From: Nemertoderma westbladi | Lineage: Eukaryota; Animalia; Xenacoelomorpha | Reading direction: 5' to 3' | NCBI GenBank assembly: GCA_032718475.1 | Contig: JAUCBJ010003874.1 | Location: forward strand, 1-32,048 | Length of the DNA: 32,048 nt | Shown: positions 22,941 through 32,048 of the stretch, in pieces | Numbering within the stretch: the first letter of the stretch is position 1 | Layout: each line of letters starts with the position of its first letter | Notes under the pieces: model-generated | Told to the model about the DNA's origin: nothing | The model's input: the letters and a program-made list of their open reading frames with translations, nothing else | The model's database searches: none | Translations under genes and position numbers: made by a program

Positions 22941-23482
22941 TGTTAGCTTATTCAATCCCGCTAACACCCCATAAAGTTAAGCCGATAAGCAATATTGGGG
23001 ACCACGAGATTGGGTAATCACCAACTCGTGTCACCCCAACAAAATGGGAAGGAGAAACACAATAAGGGTCAGGGGCCAAACCCCTAACAGAGAGAGAATA
23101 GGTGGAGTGAACGGGAACACTCCAAAAGGCGCCAACAAGGGTATCAACCAATCAGAGGGGGGAAAGGCATCGATTAGGTAGAGTAACAAGGCCAACCGTG
23201 CAATATAGCCAGTTGGCAGTAATCATTTCAGTTCAGTTATCTCAGTATCATATTGGTGCTAGTTAGGTTAGTTAGTTTAGCTAGGGAAGGACCGGGACTT
23301 TAATTACCGTATCCCGCCTTCCGTATACGACAACATTATCCATATACCTATATCTATATATCCGTACAACCGATTATTATATACGACGAACGACACGAAC
23401 TCTTTTTACCTTTCATACACACGGCGGGGACGCGTAAACTAAACAACCGGATAAACCGGGATCCTTCCTGGATCCCGTCACA
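22941..23482 (+). repeat. long terminal repeat (542 bp)
   Basis: TGT…ACA termini preceded by a PPT; terminal hairpin CGGGATCC-TTCCT-GGATCCCG. Only one copy in the window. Confidence 0.65.
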
Positions 23483-23600
23483 AGCGGAAAAAATGAATTC
23501 GCCACCAGCGGCGTATAATCCATCCGTAAGGAGGACTGTATTCAATAGCAACCGTAAGGTAGCTTACCACCTATAGCAAATCAATCGGAAAGGTGCATGA

Positions 23601-23686
23601 GCCTCCGTGGTGTAGTGGTTAGCATACCTCAACGTTTAGAAAGGGAGACGCGGGTTCGATCCCCGCTGGTGGCGAATTCATTTTTT
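23601..23686 (+). ncRNA. tRNA-like Pol III unit (non-canonical anticodon arm) with T6 terminator
   Basis: Acceptor stem GCCTCCG/TGGTGGC, A box TGGTGTAGTGG, perfect T arm GCGGG-TTCGATC-CCCGC, TTTTTT at 23681-23686. The anticodon arm is too long and poorly paired. Confidence 0.65.
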
Positions 23687-23843
23687 CCGCTCCATTTGCT
23701 ATAGAGTTGGATCATCCTTAGTCCTGTTTAATTACTTAATAATTTATACAATCTATTGATGTTAAACACATACCGTATACAATAATAATAAATTACTTTC
23801 GTGTTTCCTGATACAATGGATAGACTAGACTAAAATTATATTG

Positions 23844-24229
23844 TCAATGTTTCTCTAGAGAACTAGTGTCCTTATGTACTTCATTAAACGAGCTCTGGAT
23901 AATGTTGATACCTCTATGAATTTCTTCTTGATTAAGTTCACTGTTAACAGTTATACGAATACTAGCCGGTTTAGGTGAGTGTTCCATGTCTGTTACATAT
24001 CGAGCTACAGTCAACGCTATTCCGTTTTGCCTCGCTAAGGCACACGTACGTTCTAGAACAGTTATATCATTTGAATTATCGCCCTTTGATGTTTCTAGAA
24101 CGATATGTTGTATCGGAGAATCCTTGTGACTGATGGTTACCAGGCCATCGAGGTTAACTAGATGTTCATTTATGTAGTTAGCATTTTGTTTCAGTTTAGA
24201 GAATTTAGTAGGATTGGCATCCAAAATAT
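23844..24229 (-). CDS. SPTLC1: serine palmitoyltransferase long-chain-base subunit 1, last coding exon
   Basis: ILDANP..F..LK…SPIQHIVL…GIALTVARY…EH..KPASIRITVNSELNQEEI matches the LCB1/SPTLC1 C-terminus. Acceptor gtttatttcAG at 24230-24231 (phase 1); TGA at 23844-23846. Confidence 0.92.
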
Positions 24230-24910
24230 CTGAAATAAACAATATTAATTAATACTTTATAATTGCCATTCCTAGTATGAACTTCACACCAAAAATTCCC
24301 TAGTATGGTATTAAAACCCCGAAACACACTTATGTTGATTCACCTTACTTACCGGTACATTTATTAACACTAGACCATCAGTAACCGATAATTAGTTAAT
24401 TAACCACTAAGGGAGATCGGCCAACTACTGGCCACCGTAAAAATAGAGATTGGCAGTTATATTAATTAATCATTATCCAAAATTTGGTGTGAAAGCAGCA
24501 GACCTCAGAGAAGGTTACAGAGACAGCTTTTCTAACCAAAACCAACTAACAAACACGGCTGTATTGCCAGTCCTGTCCCTATGATAGCATATACTGTATA
24601 AGTGCTTTTTAGTGCATTTTATGAATAAAGTATTAAAACAACTAATTTGCACTAATTCATGATTGGTTGTAATTTAATCTTTACAACCAATCAGATACTA
24701 GTGGCAATAGTTTGTGAAGGGCACTTCTTTAGTTGACGTTCGCGAGACCATATCGGAGGTCCAAGTATCTTATATCGGCCTTATCGGCCTTCGCAAGCTT
24801 GTCATACGGAGACATTATTTCAACCGTTGCCTTGTCGCTCTTCTGAGAAATGCTGAGTCATCCATGCAAATTATATTTCATACGTGACAGAATACACACA
24901 TACTATTATT

Positions 24911-25250
24911 ATCGGCATGCTGCATTGCATCTGCATTATATATATTACATATATATTAAGAATGCTGTGTCGGCTTGTTGACAAAATTGCGCCACCACAA
25001 CTCCCTATCACCTCTTGACATTTGCAAGATCATCCGCATCTTCAAGGTCAGTGTCCTTTAAAAGGCGTCCCAAGAAAGTCATGGGCTGTCCATAGTGCTT
25101 ATTCATTCAATGAGGTCGCCAATGCACAAGATGGCGAAATCCATGTCCTGGAAAGTGGAGGCGGTTCCGTTCAAGTGTCAAGCTATGGGAGAGTAATGTA
25201 ACACCTTCAATGTTGTATACAGTAGAGTCTATTGGAGATGTGTTCAATGT
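24911..25250 (-). mobile_element. RTE-clade LINE family A, 3' fragment
   Basis: Reverse complement similar to 27250-27507 plus 28789-28869, ending in GCAATGCAGCATGCCGAT. Confidence 0.82.
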
Positions 25251-26068
25251 TTGTGTGTTCAATGTGGAAAGGAGCAGGTTGCAGTGGCATATCGGCCCAA
25301 ATTCAACAGCACACGTTACAGTTTATATTTTTCTGGTAATCATCTATTATTTTGCGTCAATTTTCGTCTGTTGAGGGTTTGATATTGATTGTGTTTAGAG
25401 ACCCCCCCCCCCCCCCCCCCCCCCCTCATCCCCCTATTTGTTCTACTTCGATCGTCCTAGATTACTAAAAGCACGGAAATAATAGCTCTAATAGTCCATT
25501 TTTCAGTGTAATAAATAGTAAATATTTAGAAATATAAGGTATATTTATTCCAAAATAAAAATACTTAATTTTGCAATAATAAATAAAGCCGCTTTAAGTA
25601 CAATTTGTACGATAAACAGAAGATCAAGCAAGCAGAACATAAACCATCGTTCTATTACTTTAATATGTGAATGAATATATATCCGCTTCATGAAAAATAT
25701 ACATAATATATATATGCAGCAATTACTCCATAAAAATAATATATTATATATCAACAAATTAAGAATTGACCAATAATTATAAAATAAATATTTAAAAAAT
25801 TATGATTGACAGACTAAGAACTCAACAAATTTACAAATCTATGTGAAAAATTAATAACACTTGGCATAAATATGCGGGTCATAATAGTGTGCCCTTACTG
25901 CCCTTTTCACACGTAAGCCGGCAAACCACTCGAAACGCTAACGTGCTCTTTTTCGTCCAAAGTGCTAACTGTTCCAGACGCATGCAAATCAACTATACAC
26001 CTAACTAACAAATTCTCTGGAAGGTCGCTAGAGTACAAGGGTGGTAAAGACTACACATATACCATAGC

Positions 26069-26277
26069 CCTAACTGCATTGTCTATTAATGTTGTGCTAA
26101 CTGCAAACCTGAACAGTATTACTATACACCTAACTGCAAGGTCTAATTAATGTTGTGCTAACTGCAAACCAGAACAGTATTATTATACACCTAACTGCAT
26201 GGTCAAATTAATGTTGTGCTAATTGCAAACCCGAACAGTATTATTATACACCTAACTGCATGGTTTATTCATGTTGT
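26069..26277. repeat. minisatellite, ~3.4 x 60-61 bp
   Basis: Unit CCTAACTGCA..GTC.ATTAATGTTGTGCTAACTGCAAACC.GAACAGTATTA.TATACA. Confidence 0.9.
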
Positions 26278-27507
26278 AGGCCTACTAACTAAGTGTTTAA
26301 ACAGGATCAAACATTTCAGCATTTCTGTAATTCGTCTCGTGATCCTTATTTTGGCATTCGGCCAATTCGGCATTCGTGGGACTATGGAGCCCATAGGATA
26401 CCCGAAGGATAATAGAAGAGTTAAAGAAAGATAGGCATCTGGCTGTTATCTTTGTTGACTTCTTCAAGGCCTTTGATTCAGTCTCTCTCTCACGTATGTT
26501 CAGCATACTTTCATTATATGGGATTCCTGATGAAATTATTGCAGCAATCAGATCAGTATATGATAGTTCGACAACATTTGTCTCTACTGTTGACGGCGAC
26601 AGAGAACCATTTGAAGTGTAATGGGACGTCCTCCAAGGAGACACACTTGCACCATTCTTGTTCATTATTGTGGTTGACTATGTTCTATGTCCTTAGATCA
26701 TCATAATGATGATGGGGTGATGATAACTCCACCTACTGGCTCCAGAAGTCAGGAAATCCTGCCAAATACCTAACTGATCTAGACTTTGGTGATGACTTAG
26801 GAGTACTCTCAGAATCACTAGAGGGAGCCCAACGGCTCCTCAGCTCATTATAACAAGTTGCTTCTAGTGTGGGTCTTTTTATTAACTCCAGAAAGACCAA
26901 CATTTTGACTGTTAACTTTGAAAGTCCTCAGCAAGTCTCTGATCGGATGAGCATAAGCTCAAAGGATGGTATGCTTGAGCATGTGAACGACTTCTGTTAC
27001 CTGGGATCATGGATCCAGAAGTCAGGACCTTCGAATACGTAAGGAAAAGGCATGGGCAGCCTTGAATAGGCTTTCCAGGATTTGGAAGTCACCGAGAATT
27101 AATCGGAAACTTAAGGTCCGATTATTTAGAGCAGCAGTAGTTCCAGTCCTCCTCTATGGGAGTCCATGTTGGGCTCTAACTGCTGAGGATACCAAATCTC
27201 TGGATGGCACATTCACAAGAATGCTACGCCGGGTAGCATTGTGTCAAGTACAATGCACACATCTCTAACCAGACACTATATAACATTGGAGGTGTCTCAT
27301 TGGTTCCCTCAAGCTTGACACTAGAACAAAATCGCCTCCGCTTTGCAGGGCATTGCTTTCACCGTGACGACCAGCCAGTGCATAAACTTATACTTTGGCA
27401 GCCTCATGGACTGAATAAGCATGGTGGACAGCCCATGACTTTCTTGAGACGCATATTAAAGGACACTGGCCTTGAAGAAGCGGATAATCTAGCAAATGTC
27501 ATGGGTG

Positions 27508-28780
27508 CAGGGTTGATAAAAATCATGATTTTTCTTTAATCAAAAAATTCAGATTTTTTTTATTTAAATCAGATTTATTTGATTTAAATCAGATTTTTTT
27601 TCATTTAAATCGGGTGACTAAAAAGCAAAGACCCAAATAACAAAGACCTGTATGAAACACATGTCTTAACTTTCGTTTATTGTTTTGGTTCCCCAAACAC
27701 GCCTCTGTAACCTGCTCCTTTACTAACCTGCTCCTGTAAATGGCAATGGGACCTAACGCTATATGGCAATGGGACCTAATCCCCTTTAGGACGTAACGCG
27801 ACTTTATATCTTTGTTTTGTACAGGTGCCAAAGAGGTTACATTGCATTTAAAGGAACAGGTTAGTAAAGGAGCATGTTACAGAGGCTTGTTGGGGGAACC
27901 AAAACAATAAACGAAAGTTAACACATGTTTCAAAGGTTATGCAGGTCTTTATTATTTAGGTCTTTGGTCTTAGTTTTGTAGTCACCCATTTAAATCACTT
28001 TTTTCTTATTTAAATCAGATTTTTTTATTTATATCAGATTTTAAATTTAAACAATCGGAAGACTTCTGGCTTCATCAATGCACTAATGTTTAAAAAAAAC
28101 CGAAAAACCGGGATCCCAGCGAAATATCGAATCCCGATTCCGACTTTTTTGAAACGGGGTCCCGAAGTTAAAATGGTTAAATAAATTTGTTGAACATCTA
28201 AAAAAAAGTTCCAGCAGAACGGAAATGTTTTGATTATATCTAATTTTTATTTCAGTAAACTATCCAGTAATCAATTATAAGATAATTTTAATATAACTTT
28301 ATCTTACTTATATTTCAGAAGTGTAAAATAAAGTGAGTGTTACTGAAAACCTGCCTCATATACTATTAACTTTGATGAATTTAATCCAAAATTGCAATAC
28401 CGATCCCGTAAAACGGGATCTCGAGAGGAATAATCCCGGTCCCGATCCCGGAAATCCCGAAAAGTCTGAATTCGAATATAAACTAAATAAACAACAAACT
28501 GAATAGAACTCTAAAGTACAACTTAATTAATGGGCCTGTGAATACTGTGTATGGTATTGGAAATGCGAGATGATACTGTATTTTCATGTAAATATTTAGG
28601 TAATTTGAATCATTTATTAATAATCAGTAATGCAATGTTTATCCTGGCCTTAAATCATGATTGATAAAATTCATGATTTTAAAAAAATCAAAACTATCTG
28701 ATTTTTTTATATTTTTATATGTGATTGAAATCATGATTTAAATCAATGATTTAAATCAAATGATTTAATTCAAACACCTG
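27508..28780. mobile_element. non-autonomous hAT element
   Basis: 8-bp TSD CATGGGTG (27500-27507, 28781-28788); imperfect TIRs CAGGGTTGATAAAAATCA / TGATTTAATTCAAACACCTG; GATTTAAATC subterminal repeats. Confidence 0.88.
27612..27987. mobile_element. Mutator-like MITE nested in the hAT element
   Basis: ~150-bp imperfect TIRs GGGTGACTA…TAGTCACCC; 9-bp flanking repeat ATTTAAATC (27603-27611, 27988-27996). Confidence 0.75.
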
Positions 28781-29202
28781 CATGGGTGATAGGGAGTTGT
28801 GGCGGTGCAATTTTGTCGACAAGCCGGCACAGCATTTTTAAAAATGCAGCTGCAATGCAGCATGCCGATCCTAGCTAGTTGGCATTCGGGATACCTGATT
28901 TTACATTTATCAGAAAAACTTGTCAAAGATTACAGTAGTGACGATATGAAACTTGGTTTTGAAAATTTCAGATCAGTTTATAGGTCTATTTATTGCAAGT
29001 TTATGTTATATTAAATTTGGTAATGGATCATCATTTTACAGTAACGGATTCAAAACAAAACTTGGGAAAAAGACTCCTGGGAAAATTCTAAGAGATACAA
29101 AATATCAAAATTGCCGTAGCTCCTATATAATAATTCAAGGCTATTCATACAACCCAAATTAAATTTGCCACAGTTTGAGTTTGTATGTTATGTATTTTAT
29201 TA

Positions 29203-29585
29203 TATCTCAACAATAGACGAAACGAGGAAATATTCTAATAACGATTGTCTATCTATGTGTAAGTTTTCCATTTCACCATTCTTATTCGTTTCAGTCTGGG
29301 AATAAATTTCGGTTTGTCTATGTTTCATTAGACTAGTTGTCAATGTCCAGGTAAGAAACCATTAGGTTTCCATGACAATACAAAATTATCGGGTTAGGAC
29401 TTTGTATAAAGTACTTTCAAAAGAAAGTATAAGTTATGACTTTAGCGCTCCCGGAGTTTATGCAAACGGTTTTATTTTTGTGTTCGATGTGAAATTGGTT
29501 ATTTGCGAAACTGAGGGGTATTCGCAATCAATATTTTCGGTCTTACAATCATTTAGCACTTAGTACAAATTGAATATAAGTGTGA
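29203..29585 (+). repeat. diverged direct copy of ~30421-30835
   Basis: Shared collinear blocks TATCTCAACAAT, ATGTCCAGGTAAGAAACCATTA, TTATCGGGTTAGGACTTTGTAT, GAGGGGTATTCGCAAT, AATCATTTAGCACTT. Confidence 0.85.
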
Positions 29586-30375
29586 TTGACTAACCAACGA
29601 AAATTAAAATAACACGAGAGAAAGTAAAAAACATTATTGATAATAGGTAAAAAAAAATTAAAATATAGCAGACAATAAAAGTCAGAAAAACCGACGTAAT
29701 GATTTATGTAAAGGAACTTTCATATTTTACCGATTTATAACTGATGTTACACGAATAATGATTGAATTGTATTATTTTTTCCTGCAAATATTGTAAATTG
29801 ATAAAAGTGAAACTATAACTATTTTACATGATTGTGTGAAAGGTTTCACATAAGCAGTATTTATGTACCGAGCGAGGGTGGCGAGGGATGTTTCCATAAA
29901 TATACAAGGGTCATTCATTCATAAACGTTGACAGTGCCCTTTTCACAAAATGGTGCCATTTTGTTAAATTATGTCAATTTAAGGGCGTTCTGAATGCTTA
30001 ATTATTAGCGTTAATATTGTAATGTTTAGGAATATTAATGAAATTCATATCCTTTTTATGCAATTAATTGCAGTTGGTACATCAACTAAACTTACACTTC
30101 GCCTACAATCAATGGTTATCAGTAATGGGAAATACTATCAATATTTGTTATAGAAGTTTATTGTTACTAAGTTAGTGATTATTACTTAGCTGCGTTACGA
30201 GGATATCACCACATCGAGAAGTTGTTAATTTTCATAAAAATAGCGCACGTTTAGGTACGCCTATAATGCACTAATTATTGCAATTTACCTGCTATAAAAG
30301 AAAAGGCAACTTTGTGGAATAAAATTACGCATTACTCTACATAAAAACAAATAGAGTTTTCTCTTTAACCATAAA

Positions 30376-32047
30376 ATTGTTTCACTAATATTTTCACAAA
30401 TTTAGAACCTCAATTTGGGGTATCTCAACAATTAGACCGGATGAATTTTGAAATAACGATTGTCAATATATCTAGGTATTTCCATTCCACGGCAATCACT
30501 CACTACATAATAATATGTCGCCTGTGCAATAAATTGAAATACATTGTATGGATGTCCAGGTAAGAAACCATTACGTTTCCATGACAATACACAGTTATCG
30601 GGTTAGGACTTTGTATAGAGTACTTTCAAAGACTATCTAAAAGTAATAAGTTAAGACTTTAGCGCCCCCGCAGTTTGTGCAAAACGCTTTTATTATTAGG
30701 TTATACGTGTACAATTGGCTATTCGCGAAACGGAGGGGTATTCGCAATTAACATTCAGCGAGTTAGCGTATTAGGGTATTTGCGGTCTTATAATCATTTA
30801 GCACTTGGTAGTTGGTACAAATGGAATGTAAGTGTAAGAAGTGTGTTTGTAAGTTAGCATTATGGCCATTCCATACTCTTGAGTGTTTAAGTGTGTTTGA
30901 AAAGTACCAGTTCCCATAATGCCGCTAAGGGGGGCCAAGTTTTTCATACACATGACACACTGGACTGCAAAAGTGGTAAAATGCTAACTTGTGGGAAATG
31001 GTCTAAAAAACGTTTTGACAAAGTTTCAGATTGCAAGGACCACGAGTTAGCACTTTGAGTTAGCACTTTGGAAAAGTTAGCACAATAGCGGAAAAAGAGC
31101 TTGCAAAGTTAGCCCTTTGGTATATTTGCCAACACACAGTAAGAAGGTGTAGGTGTAAGGTGTGTGTGTAAGGTGTGTGTGTAAGGTGTGTAAGGTGTGT
31201 GTGTAAGGTGTGTGTGTAAGGTGTATGTGTAAGGTGTGTGTGTAAGGTGTGTGTGTAAGGTGTGTAAGGTGTGTTGGCAAATATACCAAAGGGCTAACTT
31301 TGCAAGCTCTTTTTCCGCTATTGTGCTAACTTTTCCATAGTGCTAACTCAAAGTGCTAACTCGTGGTCCTTGCAATCTGAAACTTTGTCAAAACGTTTTT
31401 TAGACCATTCCCCACAAGTTAGCATTTTACCACTTTTGCAGTCCAGTGTGTCATGTGTATGAAAAACTTGGCCCCCCTTAGCGGCATTATGGGAACTGGT
31501 ACTTTTCAAACACACTTAAACACTCAAGAGTATGGAATGGCCATAATGCTAACTTACAAACACACTTCTTACACTTACATTCCATTTGTACCAACTACCA
31601 AGTGCTAAATGGTTATAAGACCGCAAATACCCTAATACGCTAACTCGCTGAACGTTAATTGCGAATACCCCTCCGTTTCGCGAATAGCCACTTGTACACG
31701 TATAACCATAATAATAAAAGCGTTTTGCACAAACTGCGGGGGCGCTAAAGTCTTAACTTATTACTTTTAGATAGTCTTTGAAAGTACTCTATACCAAGTC
31801 CTAACCCGAACTGCTAACTGTGTATTGTCATGGACACGTACATGGTTTCTTACCTGGACATCCATACCACTGTCATTTCAATTCTATTGCCCAGGCGCCA
31901 CATACTATTACGTAGTGAGTGCATTGCCGTGGCAATGGACATACCCTAGACTATCATTGACAATCGTTATTTCAAAATTCATCCGTCTAATTGTTGAGAT
32001 ACCCCAAATTGAGGTTTTAAATTTGTGAAAATATTAGTGAAACAATT
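30376..32047. repeat. large inverted repeat (arms of at least ~760 bp) around a microsatellite spacer; runs to the window edge
   Basis: 30376-31137 is the reverse complement of 31269-32047. Confidence 0.95.
31145..31275. repeat. compound microsatellite (GT)nAAG
   Basis: Repeated GTAAGGTGTGTGT units. Confidence 0.95.
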
Positions 32048-32048
32048 C

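Larger units (their letters stand above)
21640..23482 (+). mobile_element. 3' portion of an LTR retrotransposon (Gypsy-like): accessory ORFs, 3' UTR, PPT, LTR
   Basis: GC- and purine-rich block; hairpin CTATCTTC…GAAGATAG; polypurine tract GGGGGGGGAG (22931-22940) directly before TGTTAG; ends GTCACA. No pol seen. Confidence 0.7.
21589..23750. mobile_element. ~320-bp inverted-repeat element containing a tRNA-like unit, split by an LTR-retroelement fragment
   Basis: 21597-21638 is the exact reverse complement of 23696-23737 (42 bp). 23483-23511 is the exact reverse complement of 23663-23691 (29 bp). Joined, they form one ~80-bp left arm. The right end is …ATTTATACA. Confidence 0.75.
26285..28869 (+). 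mobile_element. degenerate RTE-clade LINE family A (RT to 3' end), interrupted at 27508-28780
   Basis: RRIIEE…FVDFFKAFDSV…YGIP…VLQGDTLAPFLFIIVVDYVL…LDFGDDL…F.YLGS…KVRLFRAAVVPVLLYGS..W, with stops and frameshifts; resumes at 28789. Confidence 0.92.

Noticed and set aside
23601-23674. functional tRNA gene
   Set aside because: The anticodon arm is over-long and unpaired, the acceptor stem has a mismatch, and it is embedded in a repeat.
21597-23737. DIRS-like tyrosine-recombinase retroelement (ITRs plus internal complementary region)
   Set aside because: No RT or YR. The internal complement is better explained as the split left arm, and a PPT plus TG…CA LTR is present.
24230-24242. ORF-track start (MFIS) for the SPTLC1 ORF
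   Set aside because: Intron sequence upstream of the splice acceptor.
26005-26052. minus-strand SLPPLYSSDLPENL as the preceding SPTLC1 exon (expected SLPPLL…)
   Set aside because: Only five residues match, an in-frame stop precedes it, and the following residues do not fit; likely chance.
26069-26277. CRISPR-like array
   Set aside because: Whole units repeat with no unique spacers; eukaryotic minisatellite with no cas genes.
31077-31289. His/Thr-rich 70-aa ORF
   Set aside because: Translation of the microsatellite spacer.

Overview
AT-rich eukaryotic (probably invertebrate animal) genomic DNA, mostly transposon debris. Two host genes are recognisable and converge: an intronless p24/TMED gamma-subfamily gene (19223-19912, +) and the last coding exon of serine palmitoyltransferase subunit 1 (SPTLC1; 23844-24229, -; upstream exons apparently outside the window). 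The rest includes multiply nested non-autonomous DNA transposons with readable TIRs and TSDs (hAT, Tc1/mariner, piggyBac, Mutator-like), RTE and CR1/L2-type LINE fragments, tRNA-derived SINE heads and a ~1.7 kb palindrome at the right end. The most unusual object lies just downstream of the SPTLC1 stop. It is a small element with long inverted ends that carries a tRNA-like Pol III unit plus an antisense copy of that unit's 3' end. It is interrupted by the 3' part of an LTR retroelement (small zinc-knuckle and basic ORFs, PPT, 542-bp LTR). Also noted: a likely P-type excision footprint, a frameshifted small secreted Cys-rich ORF and a CpG-rich orphan pseudo-ORF. All calls were read by eye; no searches were run.
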